64,000 nt of DNA from Gemmatimonadales bacterium (GTDB taxonomy: Bacteria; Gemmatimonadota; Gemmatimonadetes; Gemmatimonadales; GWC2-71-9): NCBI GenBank assembly GCA_044221045.1, contig JBGAPX010000003.1, forward strand, positions 1 through 64,000, given 5' to 3'. Shown piece after piece: positions 9,833-18,672 of this stretch. The position numbers and the translations under genes were made by a program. Position 1 is the stretch's first letter. Each line of letters begins with the position of its first letter. The notes under the pieces are model-generated. The model had not been told where the DNA came from. It did not search any database and worked only from the letters and a program-made list of their open reading frames with translations.

Positions 9833-9981
9833 CCCGGCGAACCGGTCCCCCACGCAATCGGGAATCCGTCCCGGGGAGATGCACCGGGGGCCCACCTTCT
9901 GCGGCGGCGCGCGCGCGGTAGATTCCCCGGCGCGGCGGTCACGCCAGTGCGCCGCGCCTGCCACCGTCCCCGCGAACGCCG

Positions 9982-11718
9982 ATGACCGACGCCATCGCCG
10001 GATCCACATTGCACCCCGTTCCCCCCCGGACGCGCGCCAGCGCGCCGCCGTGGCTCTGGGCTGGCGGGGCGTTCCTGGTGCTCGCCGGCGTGGCGCTGGC
10101 GCTGCCGCGCTGGGCCCACCCGTCGGATCCCCAGCTGCTCGTGGTCTTCGAGGTGCGGCTGCTCATCGAGGGGGCGGCCTACCTCTGGGCGGCGGGGCGA
10201 CGGGAGCTGCCACCCGCGCTGCGCCGCGTGCTGCTCCTGACGGGCGGCATCTCGATCGTCTCGCTGCTCACGAACCTGCCGCTGCTCGGGCTCACCGGGC
10301 CCGCGCCGGAGTGGGTGGTGGACGCGCTGGACGTCTGGCTGTTCATCTCCTACATGCTCTCGGCGCTGGCGCTGCTGCTGTGGCCGCGCATCGAGACCCG
10401 GCGCTGGGACGCGCTCACCCTGCTGCTCGACCTGGTCATCACCGCCGGGGCGATGGGCGCGCTGGTGCTGATCGAGGTGACCTTCCCGCTCGCAGACGCC
10501 ACGCCCGGCGCGACGGAGGCGCGGTGGTCCCTGATCTACGGGCTGGCGCAGGTGGCCTCGCTGGCGGGCCTGTCGGTCATGGTGGTGCGGGGGCGTCCGC
10601 TGCCCTCGCGGCGGGCGTTCTGGTGGTTCGTGGCGGCGCAGGCGGCCTACCTCCCGGCGCTCCTCCTCTCCCAACTCGGCATGGCCGAGGTGATCACGCA
10701 GGTGGCGGGGCGGGTGCTCTACGTCGTGGGGGTGCTGCCGGCGCTGGTGGCGGCGGTGTTCATCCGGCGCGACCCGGTGACCCTGGACCGGGGTTCGGCG
10801 GGGCCGCCGTGGCTCCGCGACCTGAGCCCCCTCCCGCTGGTGACGCCGGTGCTGGTGGTGGTGGCCCTGCTCAACGCGATGGCCGCCGGCCCGGCCAGCC
10901 GGGTACAGCCGCTGATCGCGATGCTGATCATCACCACGCTGCTGCTGGTGATCCGGGTGCTGCTCTCCGCCGGGGAGAGCGCGGCGCGGCTGCGGGATGA
11001 GGGGGAGCGGGAGCGGCGGCTGCAGCGGGAGAAGCTGGCGACGGTGGGCCGGCTGGCCGGGGGCCTGGCGCACGAGTTCAACAACATGATGACGGTGGTG
11101 GCGGGCCACGCCGAGTTCGCCGAGCAGGCGGTGCCGGCGGGGCACGCGGCGCAGGCCGACCTGGCGGTCATCCGGGAGCAGTCGGAGCGGGCCGCGCGCC
11201 TGACCCGGCAGCTGCTCTCGTTCAGTGGCCAGCAGCTGTTCCAGCTGGAGGCGGTGCCGGTGGCCCGCCTGCTCGCGGAGCTGCGGGCGGCGCTCGAGCC
11301 CGCGGTCACCTGCGAGGCGGCGCCGGGGGTGGAGTTCCTCGCCATCCGGGCGGACCTGCCGCTGCTGGTCGCGGCGGTGCAGCAGCTGACGCGCAACGCG
11401 CTCGAGGCCGGCGGCGCGACGTCACCGGTGCTGCGGCTGGCGGCGGTGGCCTACGCGACCGCGCTCGACAGCCCCTACCTGCCGGTGCCGGCGGGGCGGC
11501 ACCTGTCCCTGTCGGTGCGGGACGCCGGCGGCGGGATCGCGCCCGAGGACCTGCCGCGGCTGTTCGATCCCTTCTTCACCCGCAAGCCGGTGCACAGCGC
11601 CGGGGGACTCGGCCTCGCGGAGGTGTATGGGGTGGCGGTGGGGCACCACGGCGGGATCACGGTGGCCAGCACGGTGGGACAGGGGACCACGGTGACGCTC
11701 TACCTGCCGTTCGCCTAG
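9982..11718 (+). CDS. Sensor histidine kinase, a tandem paralogue of the upstream kinase.
   Basis: Same architecture: multi-transmembrane N-terminus, H-box LAHEFNNMMTVVAGHAEFA, and HATPase_c (GGLGLAEVYGVAVGHHGGITVAS). Confidence 0.8.
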   Translation: MTDAIAGSTLHPVPPRTRASAPPWLWAGGAFLVLAGVALALPRWAHPSDPQLLVVFEVRLLIEGAAYLWAAGRRELPPALRRVLLLTGGISIVSLLTNLPLLGLTGPAPEWVVDALDVWLFISYMLSALALLLWPRIETRRWDALTLLLDLVITAGAMGALVLIEVTFPLADATPGATEARWSLIYGLAQVASLAGLSVMVVRGRPLPSRRAFWWFVAAQAAYLPALLLSQLGMAEVITQVAGRVLYVVGVLPALVAAVFIRRDPVTLDRGSAGPPWLRDLSPLPLVTPVLVVVALLNAMAAGPASRVQPLIAMLIITTLLLVIRVLLSAGESAARLRDEGERERRLQREKLATVGRLAGGLAHEFNNMMTVVAGHAEFAEQAVPAGHAAQADLAVIREQSERAARLTRQLLSFSGQQLFQLEAVPVARLLAELRAALEPAVTCEAAPGVEFLAIRADLPLLVAAVQQLTRNALEAGGATSPVLRLAAVAYATALDSPYLPVPAGRHLSLSVRDAGGGIAPEDLPRLFDPFFTRKPVHSAGGLGLAEVYGVAVGHHGGITVASTVGQGTTVTLYLPFA

Positions 11719-12311
11719 CGCTCCGCGCGGACGCCGAGCAGGACGACGGGGATCTTCCACGCCTCCTGGGCAAAGAAGAAGAGCTCGGAACTCCGGCGCT
11801 GGGAGATGGGGCTGGTGCGGGTGGGGGAGGTGGAGGCGGTGAGCCCGGCGCGGCTGGCCTCGATGCGCAGCCGCAGCATGTGGAAGGGATCGCTCACCAG
11901 CAGGACCCGCGGGGTGCCCCGTTCCAGGGCCCAGTCGGCCACCGAGCGCACCGACGACTGGGTGGAGCGGCCCTCGGGGCGCACCACCACGGCGGTATCC
12001 GGCACGCCGTGACCCACCAGGTACTGCTGCCCCACCGTCGCCTCGCTCACCCGGTCCCCCTCACCGATCCCGCCGGTCACCACCACGGTCGGCGCCAGGC
12101 CCTCACGGTAGAGCGTGAGCGCGTGCTCCAGCCGCGCGCGCAGCACCGGGGAGGGCTTGCCGTTGTACTGCGCGGCGCCGAGGACCACGATGGCGTCCAC
12201 CAGGCGGCGCTGGTCCTCGCGGCTGACGAGGTAGACGGCGAGGAGCGAGACGAGGTAGAGGACGGCCGGCGTGAGGACGGCGGCGAGCAGCAGGCGGCGG
12301 GAGCGAGTCAC
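11715..12311 (-). CDS. DUF218 (YdcF/SanA-like) protein.
   Basis: AIVVLGAAQYNGKPSPVLRARLEHALTLYREGLAPTVVVTGG matches the DUF218 family. N-terminal transmembrane helix. Confidence 0.7.
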   Translation of the reverse strand: MTRSRRLLLAAVLTPAVLYLVSLLAVYLVSREDQRRLVDAIVVLGAAQYNGKPSPVLRARLEHALTLYREGLAPTVVVTGGIGEGDRVSEATVGQQYLVGHGVPDTAVVVRPEGRSTQSSVRSVADWALERGTPRVLLVSDPFHMLRLRIEASRAGLTASTSPTRTSPISQRRSSELFFFAQEAWKIPVVLLGVRAER

Positions 12312-12330
12312 GGGCGGAAGTTAAGCGGGG

Positions 12331-12399
12331 GGGCGGTGGGGCGGTAAAGGCGGTAAGGGCGGTAAAGGCGGTAACTTACCGCCTTTACCGCCCTTACCG
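12331..12399. terminator. 9-bp tandem repeat (GGCGGTAAR)n about 5 copies, followed by its perfect inverted complement: a strong hairpin immediately downstream of the RNase gene stop.
   Basis: ggcggtaaaggcggtaagggcggtaaaggcggtaa|cttaccgcctttaccgcccttaccg read directly. A related array is at 62907-62997. Confidence 0.55.
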
Positions 12400-12400
12400 T

Positions 12401-13792
12401 CTAGGCGAGCTCGAAGCTCTCGCCCTGTGCCGGCACGTCCACCTGGCGCACCCCTTCCTCCTTGAGCAGCTGCGCCATGGCGAGGGTGGCCTCGCGCTCT
12501 CCGTGGACCACGAAGGCGCGCTTGATGGGGCCGCCGAGGCGACGGAGCCAGGCGCGCAGCTCGTTCCGGTCGGCGTGGGCGGAGTAGCCGCCGATGGTCT
12601 CGACGGTGGCGCGGACCGGCAGCTCCTCGCCGAAGATCTTCACCACCCGCGCGCCGTCCTGGATGCGCCGGCCGAGGGTGTTCTCCCCCTGGAAGCCGAC
12701 GAAGAGGACCACGGTCTTGTGGTCGCCGACGTGGTTGGCCAGGTGGTGCAGGATGCGGCCCGACTCGGCCATGCCGCTCGCGGCGATGATGATCGCGGGG
12801 CCGGGCATGCCGTTGAGCTTCTTGGAGTCGCTGACGTCGCGGACGTACTGCACCAGCGGGAAGTCGAACAGCGCGGTGGTGCGCTCGATCAGGCGCTCGT
12901 CGCGGTCGAACAGGTCGGGGTGCAGCCGGAAGACGGCGGTGGCGTCCACCGCGAGCGGGCTGTCCACGAAGATCGGGATGCCGGGGATCTGCCCCGCGCG
13001 GAAGAGCTGGTGCAGGCTGTACACCAGCTCCTGGGTGCGGCCCACCGCGAAGGAGGGGATGAGGATCTTGCCGCCGCGGCCCGCCACCTGGCGCACGATG
13101 CCGCCCAGCCGCGTCTCGGCGTCGGTGACGGTCTCGTGGGTGCGGTTGGCGTAGGTGGACTCGATGATCAGCGTGTCCACCGGGCCGGCCGGCGGGTCGG
13201 GGTCGCGGATGATGGGCAGCCCGGGCCGGCCGATGTCGCCGGAGAAGACCAGCCGGTGGGTGGCGCCCTCGGTGAGGCGCAGGTCCACCGACGCGGAGCC
13301 GAGGATGTGGCCGGCGTCGGTGAACTCGAAGGCGATGTGCTTGCGCAGGTGCTGCACCCGGCGGTAGGGCAGCCCGACCATCAGGTCCTGCACCGCCACG
13401 GCGTCGGCCAGGGTGTAGAGCGGCTCGCTCTCGGGCCCGACCTTCCGGCGCCGCGCCAGGAACTCCGCATCCTTCTCCTGGATGTGGGCCGCGTCGGGGA
13501 GCATCACCGCGGAGAGGTCGCGGGTGGCGGCGGTGGCGTAGATGGGGCCGTGGAAGCCGCGGCGCACCAGCAGCGGCAGCCGTCCCGCGTGATCGATGTG
13601 GGCGTGGGAGAGGATCACCCCATCGAGGGTGCGGGGATCGATGGGGAGGTTGGCGTTCTGCGCGTGCGATTCCGCGCGCCGCCCCTGGAACAGCCCGGCG
13701 TCGAGCAGGAAGCGCGCGCCGGCGGCCTCGAGGAGGTGCATCGAGCCGGTGACCTGGCCGGCGGCGCCGTGAAAGGTGAGGCGGAGGGGCAT
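12401..13792 (-). CDS. MBL-fold metallo-hydrolase of the beta-CASP ribonuclease type.
   Basis: MPLRLTFHGAAGQVTGSMHLL, then the HxHxDH motif (SHAHIDHAG) and C-terminal beta-CASP / RNA-metabolising domains. Internal Met start at 13792. Confidence 0.8.
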   Translation of the reverse strand: MPLRLTFHGAAGQVTGSMHLLEAAGARFLLDAGLFQGRRAESHAQNANLPIDPRTLDGVILSHAHIDHAGRLPLLVRRGFHGPIYATAATRDLSAVMLPDAAHIQEKDAEFLARRRKVGPESEPLYTLADAVAVQDLMVGLPYRRVQHLRKHIAFEFTDAGHILGSASVDLRLTEGATHRLVFSGDIGRPGLPIIRDPDPPAGPVDTLIIESTYANRTHETVTDAETRLGGIVRQVAGRGGKILIPSFAVGRTQELVYSLHQLFRAGQIPGIPIFVDSPLAVDATAVFRLHPDLFDRDERLIERTTALFDFPLVQYVRDVSDSKKLNGMPGPAIIIAASGMAESGRILHHLANHVGDHKTVVLFVGFQGENTLGRRIQDGARVVKIFGEELPVRATVETIGGYSAHADRNELRAWLRRLGGPIKRAFVVHGEREATLAMAQLLKEEGVRQVDVPAQGESFELA

Positions 13793-13800
13793 GGTGGTTC

Positions 13801-13843
13801 GCTCGGCGGCTCGGCGGCTCGGCGGCTCGGCAGCTCGGCGCTT
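13801..13843. repeat. 8-bp tandem repeat (TCGGCGGC)n, about 5 copies, in the 5' region of the RNase gene.
   Basis: gctcggcggctcggcggctcggcggctcggcagctcggcgct read directly. Confidence 0.7.
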
Positions 13844-13866
13844 GGGGTTAGGGGAACGGTGGGCGG

Positions 13867-14787
13867 CTACCGTGCCGCCTGGACCCAATCTGGCACCTCG
13901 GGCTCGCCGCGGAAGGTGCTGCCGGGCATGCCGCGGGTGATGGCCCAGCGGTGCAGCCAGCTGATGCCGGCGGGGCCGGTGTAGCGGTCCGGCGAACGAT
14001 ACACCGGGTCGGCGAGCGCCTGCGCCAGCGGGATGGCGGCGTAGCCGCGGCCGGCGAGCATCGCCGCGAGCCGGGAGAAGGTGGCGGCGTTGAGGGCGTT
14101 GGCGTGCAGGAGCAGCACCTGGGGAATCTCCCGCCCCGTGATGGCCACCGACTGCCCCTCCCAGAAGGCCACCACCCGTTCCATGTAGTCCAGGTACTCC
14201 GTGGCGACGCGGTCCGCGGCGGAGGCGTCGCCGCGGTCCCGCGCCAGGTCGTACGCGCGGGCAAAGAGGTAGTCGCCGTTGTCCATCGTCACCGGCGCCA
14301 CCTGGTAGCCGTGCGCCTCGAGGAAGGCGAGCAGCGCGTCGCGCACCTCGAGGGAGCGCCCGGTGTGCAGGTAGGGGTGGCGGAAGTAGCGGGGCACGGC
14401 GCCGCGCGCGGCGAGCAGCGGCCGGAGCACCGCCTCGCCGGCCAGCAGGTCGGCCTCGACGTCGGCGAGCGGCACCTGGTGCAGGTCGGGGTGGGTGGCG
14501 GTGTGATTGCCCAGCTCGAGCCCGGCGTCGAGCCAGCGGGTGAGCAGCGCCACGCGGCGGGGGTCCACCCGGCGGTCGTCGTCGCGGAGTTTGCCCTCGT
14601 TCACGAAGCCGATCGCGGGGACGCGCGCGGCGGTGATCGCCGCGAGCAGCGCGACGGTGAGCGACTCCTGGGCCGCCACCGGGGTGGCGCTGCGGCTCAG
14701 CGGGAGGTCATCGAAGGTGATCGCGACGCGGCGGCCGGGGTCACCCTGGGTCATGAGCGAGGCCGCCATGAGGGTGGCGGCGAGCAT
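13867..14787 (-). CDS. Polysaccharide deacetylase (NodB homology domain), secreted.
   Basis: Signal peptide [13 protein letters not shown], then VAITFDDLP (TFDD motif) and GNHTATHPDL. The start overlaps the upp stop (TGATG). Confidence 0.75.
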   Translation of the reverse strand: MLAATLMAASLMTQGDPGRRVAITFDDLPLSRSATPVAAQESLTVALLAAITAARVPAIGFVNEGKLRDDDRRVDPRRVALLTRWLDAGLELGNHTATHPDLHQVPLADVEADLLAGEAVLRPLLAARGAVPRYFRHPYLHTGRSLEVRDALLAFLEAHGYQVAPVTMDNGDYLFARAYDLARDRGDASAADRVATEYLDYMERVVAFWEGQSVAITGREIPQVLLLHANALNAATFSRLAAMLAGRGYAAIPLAQALADPVYRSPDRYTGPAGISWLHRWAITRGMPGSTFRGEPEVPDWVQAAR

Positions 14788-15464
14788 CACCGGGTGCCGA
14801 AGAGGCGGTCGCCGGCGTCGCCGAGCCCGGGCACGATGTAGCCCTGGGCGTTGAGGCCGCGGTCGAGCGCCGCGGCGAAGACGCGGACGTCGGGGTGGCC
14901 CTCGAGCATCCGGCGCACCCCCTCGGGGGCGGCCACGATGCACAGCAGCCGGATGCGGCGCGCGCCGGCGGTCTTGAGCGTGGTCACCGCCGCGGTGGCG
15001 GAACCGCCGGTGGCGAGCATCGGGTCGAGGATGAAGAACTCGCGCTCGTGCGCCATGCCGGCGAGCGCGGCGGAGCCCTCGCGCTCATCGCCCGGGATCT
15101 TGGCGTAGTAGTGGTGCGGCTCGAGGCTCTGCTCGTCGCGCGCCACGCCGATGTGCCCGACGCGCGCGGTGGGCAGCAGCTCCGAGACGCCGTCCACCAT
15201 GCCGAGCCCGGCGCGGAGGATGGGGACCAGGGTGAGCTTCTTGTCGGAGACCATGCGCCCCGTCATGTGCTCGAGCGGGGTGTCGATCTCGTGGGCTTCG
15301 GTCGGCAGGTCCTTGGTGGCCTCGTAGGCCATGAGCATCGCGATCTCGCTGACCAGCTGCTTGAAGTCACGGGTGCTGGTGGCCCGGTCGCGCAGCAGGG
15401 TCAGCTTGTGCTGGATGAGCGGGTGCTCGAGGACCGTGAGGTTCGGGTGGCTGGGGTGGGGCAT
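14787..15464 (-). CDS. upp: Uracil phosphoribosyltransferase.
   Basis: Full-length match to UPRTase: [18 protein letters not shown]...ILRAGLGM...[12 protein letters not shown]...[17 protein letters not shown]. Confidence 0.9.
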   Translation of the reverse strand: MPHPSHPNLTVLEHPLIQHKLTLLRDRATSTRDFKQLVSEIAMLMAYEATKDLPTEAHEIDTPLEHMTGRMVSDKKLTLVPILRAGLGMVDGVSELLPTARVGHIGVARDEQSLEPHHYYAKIPGDEREGSAALAGMAHEREFFILDPMLATGGSATAAVTTLKTAGARRIRLLCIVAAPEGVRRMLEGHPDVRVFAAALDRGLNAQGYIVPGLGDAGDRLFGTR

Positions 15465-15529
15465 GCCTCAAGATGGGGCGGGGGGCGGGAGGCGGGAAGG
15501 GGCGGCGCGCGTGCAGGAACGGTGAGCAG

Positions 15530-15865
15530 CTATGGAATATCGAAAATGACCGGGCGGCAGACGTACTCGCCGCTGGGGCAGACGGAGGCCACGACGCGGC
15601 CGGCGGTGGGGCCGATGACCAGGGCCACGGGCGGCTCGGCGAAGTAGGCTGAGTCGGGGGTGAGGGCCGTGGCGTCGAAGTGCACCTCGGTGCTGTCGGG
15701 GCGCCGGAGCACGGGCCGTTGCTGGGCGTTGATCCGGGCCCCGGCCGCCGGCACCAGCCGGAGCCGGGTGCCCTCCGGCACCGGCTGCCGCTCCACGGAC
15801 AGGTAGGGATTGGGCGCGGGGGCGCAGCCGAGGATGAGGGCCGCGAGGAGCAGGGGACGGAGCAT
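15530..15865 (-). CDS. Small putative lipoprotein of unknown function.
   Basis: MLRPLLLAALILGCAP has a lipobox-like sequence. It sits in the tail of a 928-aa Arg-rich spurious ORF that I reject. Confidence 0.45.
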   Translation of the reverse strand: MLRPLLLAALILGCAPAPNPYLSVERQPVPEGTRLRLVPAAGARINAQQRPVLRRPDSTEVHFDATALTPDSAYFAEPPVALVIGPTAGRVVASVCPSGEYVCRPVIFDIP

Positions 15866-15997
15866 GGCCGGGAGGATACCCCGCCCGGCGGCCGTGCGGG
15901 AGGCATGGCCCCGTAAGGGTTTGCGGGGGCGGGGTTTCCGGGGTGGCCCCCGCCCCTTTCACCACCCCCCTCCGATCCTTATATTCCCGCCCCTCGC

Positions 15998-16070
<73 letters not shown>

Positions 16071-16111
16071 TGTCGTGACCGACGCCGCTCCCCGTGGGGC
16101 GGCGTTTGGCG

Positions 16112-17923
16112 TTACTTCCCCACCGCTTCCTTCTTCGTGGCGTCCCGCAGCGCCATGGCCAGCAGCACGTCGAGCGGGCCGCCGGAGCCGCCGCCGCCGG
16201 CCACCGCGATGTCCGGCACCAGCCTGAGCTGGCTCGTGGCCAGGTTCCGGAAGATGTCCATCGCCGCGTAGTACTGCGGATCCACCGACTCCACCTTCCG
16301 CTTGAGCACCTCCGCCTCCGCGGCGCCGACGGCCTTGATCCGTCCCGCCTCCGCGGTGCCGGTCACGGTGGTCACCTCGGCGTCGGCGGCGGCGTTGGTG
16401 GTCTTGGCCTCGGCCTCGCCCTTGGCCTTCTTCACCGCCGACTGCGCGTGGAACTCGGCGATCTGCACGCTCCGCTCCGCGTCCACCACCTGCGCCTGGG
16501 TGTTGGCCAGCGCGCGCGACTGCTCCAGCGCCTGCCGGGTGGCCTCGGCCTCGCGCTGGGTCTCGTAGGTGATGCGCTCCTGCTCCGCCAGCTTCCGGTC
16601 GGTCAGGGTCTTCATCAGGCTCTCCGGCGGCGTGATGTCGCCGATGAGCGTGTCCACCGCCTGCACGTCGTACTGCTCCAGCGCGTGCTGGATGTGCTCG
16701 CGCGCCTCGCCCTGCCGCTGGGTGCGCTCCTTGAGGAAGGAGATCGCGTCCGACTTCTGCGCCGCGTTGCGGAAGTAGTTGCCGATGGTCGGCTCCAGCA
16801 CCTGGGTGACCAGGTTGTCCATGCTCCCGAAGCGGGCGATCACCTTGGGCGCGGACGAGCGCGGGATGTGGATGATCTGGGAGACGTCGAGGTTGAAGGT
16901 GAAGCCGTCGGAGGAGCGCACCGTGATGGTGGAGAGCTTGGCGTCGAGCTTGTGGGCCTCGGTCTTTCCGGTGGCCCAGTTGAGCACCACGTTGGTGGTG
17001 GGGACCGCGACGACGTGGTTGGTCTTGGGGTTGATCGGGTACATGCCCGGGTCGAGCGGCTCGACCCACACGCCGCGCTGGCCCGGCTTCACCAGGTTGC
17101 CGTGCTTGAAGCCCTCGCCGGTGACGTCGGCGCCGGGCTCGCCCACGAAGGCGATGACCACGCCGGCGTGCCCGATGGTCACCTCGGTCATGTTGGCCAG
17201 CTCGACCGTGGCGAAGTTGGGATTCAGGTAGTAGGAGCCCGGCATCATCACCTGCGCCTGCAGCCCCTTGGTGCCGCCGCTGGTGACGAAGGCCTCGCCG
17301 TCCTGGAATGTGTTGTGGCCGGGCACCTCGCGGCCGGCGATCTCGCCGGTCTTGAGCGGCGCGCCGTCCTGGGTGGTGACCATGCCCAGCTTGCCCTCGG
17401 GGATCTCCAGCACCGGCACCAGCTTCACCGTGAAGAGCGCGGTGTTCACGCGGTACGTGCCGGGCGGGATGATGGCGATCTGGGGCCCGCGCTGCCCGCC
17501 CTTGAGCAGGAAGCCGCGGGCGTTCTGGAAGGCGTCGCAATCGACCTCGCGGCCGAAGACGCGCTTGGTGAGGGGCGCGCCGTCCTTGGCGTCGACGACG
17601 CCGAGCTTGCCCTCGGGGATGTCGATGAAGGGGACGACGCTGATCTCGTACTGCCAGGGCCAGAAGCCCCAGTGGAGCCCCGGCGCGAGGGTGTCGGCCT
17701 GGAAGCCAGCCTCGCCGTGGAGCGCGATGATCTTGCCGTCGGGGAGGGTGCGGGTGCTGCCGAGGAGGACCCAGCGCTTGCGGACCACGCCGATGGCGGT
17801 GCCGGGGATGATCACCGCGCCGAAGAGCCGCAGCACCACCTTGTAGAAGACCACCAGCACGGCCAGCAGCACCAGCCACCAGGCGCTCGAGAGCACACCT
17901 GCCACCGTGTCCAGGACGTCCAT
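16112..17923 (-). CDS. SPFH/band-7 (flotillin-like, YqiK-type) membrane protein.
   Basis: N-terminal transmembrane helix, repeated EIPEGKLG...DGAPL motifs, and a long coiled-coil C-terminus (EAEATRQALEQSRALANTQAQV...). Confidence 0.75.
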   Translation of the reverse strand: MDVLDTVAGVLSSAWWLVLLAVLVVFYKVVLRLFGAVIIPGTAIGVVRKRWVLLGSTRTLPDGKIIALHGEAGFQADTLAPGLHWGFWPWQYEISVVPFIDIPEGKLGVVDAKDGAPLTKRVFGREVDCDAFQNARGFLLKGGQRGPQIAIIPPGTYRVNTALFTVKLVPVLEIPEGKLGMVTTQDGAPLKTGEIAGREVPGHNTFQDGEAFVTSGGTKGLQAQVMMPGSYYLNPNFATVELANMTEVTIGHAGVVIAFVGEPGADVTGEGFKHGNLVKPGQRGVWVEPLDPGMYPINPKTNHVVAVPTTNVVLNWATGKTEAHKLDAKLSTITVRSSDGFTFNLDVSQIIHIPRSSAPKVIARFGSMDNLVTQVLEPTIGNYFRNAAQKSDAISFLKERTQRQGEAREHIQHALEQYDVQAVDTLIGDITPPESLMKTLTDRKLAEQERITYETQREAEATRQALEQSRALANTQAQVVDAERSVQIAEFHAQSAVKKAKGEAEAKTTNAAADAEVTTVTGTAEAGRIKAVGAAEAEVLKRKVESVDPQYYAAMDIFRNLATSQLRLVPDIAVAGGGGSGGPLDVLLAMALRDATKKEAVGK

Positions 17924-18141
17924 GGGAGACTCCACGACGGAAGAGGGGGACCGCGCCACGCCGCCGGCCGTCGCGGCGGACCGGACGGCGGCAACGCAAT
18001 GGCCGTGGGTACGGCACTAAAGCTATCAGGATCGGCGCCGGAGGGCGCGACGGCGCGCCGCTCGTGGACAGCCTCCGCGGCGCGGGGTAGGTTAGCGGGC
18101 GTCGCAGTCCGCAGCCGACTCCCCACCGCGCGGAGGTCCCC

Positions 18142-18672
18142 GTGGCGACTCCCACGAGTACGGTCCTGAAGGTCCTGGTCCCGGCCGCCATCGCGGTGTT
18201 CGTGGTGGCGCTGGCGCGGCGGCAGCGCCTCGACCCGCGGCAGGACCTCGGCATGCGGTGGCCCGGGGCGCTGCCGGTGCTGGCCTGGCTCGGGGCGTAC
18301 GCCGCCTACATGCTGGGCACCGACGCGCTGTTCCACTGGCGGGGACCATTCGACTTTGCCCCCTGGCGGGCCATCCCGCTGGCGGTGGCGGCGGCGCGGG
18401 TACTGGCGGTCGGGGTGATCGGCCCGACGGCGGAGGAACTCGTCTTCCGGGGATACGGCTACGCCCGGCTTACCCGCACCCGCCTCGGCGTGGGGAGGAG
18501 CATCGGGCTGCTGGCGGCGGCGTGGTCGGTGGTGCACATCGAGTATGGCTGGCAGGTGCTGCTGCTGCTCTTCGGCGCCGGGCTCCTGCTCGGGGCGGCG
18601 CGCCACCGCACCGGCTCGGTGGTGACTCCCGTGGCCATGCACGTCCTCTGGAACCTCTACGCCATCTGGTAG
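18142..18672 (+). CDS. CPBP (CAAX protease / Abi) family intramembrane metalloprotease.
   Basis: PTAEELVFRGYGY (EExxxR motif) plus conserved His residues in later transmembrane helices. Members of this family are often bacteriocin immunity proteins. Confidence 0.7.
   Translation: MATPTSTVLKVLVPAAIAVFVVALARRQRLDPRQDLGMRWPGALPVLAWLGAYAAYMLGTDALFHWRGPFDFAPWRAIPLAVAAARVLAVGVIGPTAEELVFRGYGYARLTRTRLGVGRSIGLLAAAWSVVHIEYGWQVLLLLFGAGLLLGAARHRTGSVVTPVAMHVLWNLYAIW

Noticed and set aside
538-13843. Possibility that the 8-bp or 9-bp tandem repeats are a CRISPR array.
   Set aside because: The units are only 8-9 bp, directly tandem with no spacers, and no cas genes are present. They are simple short tandem repeats or hairpins.
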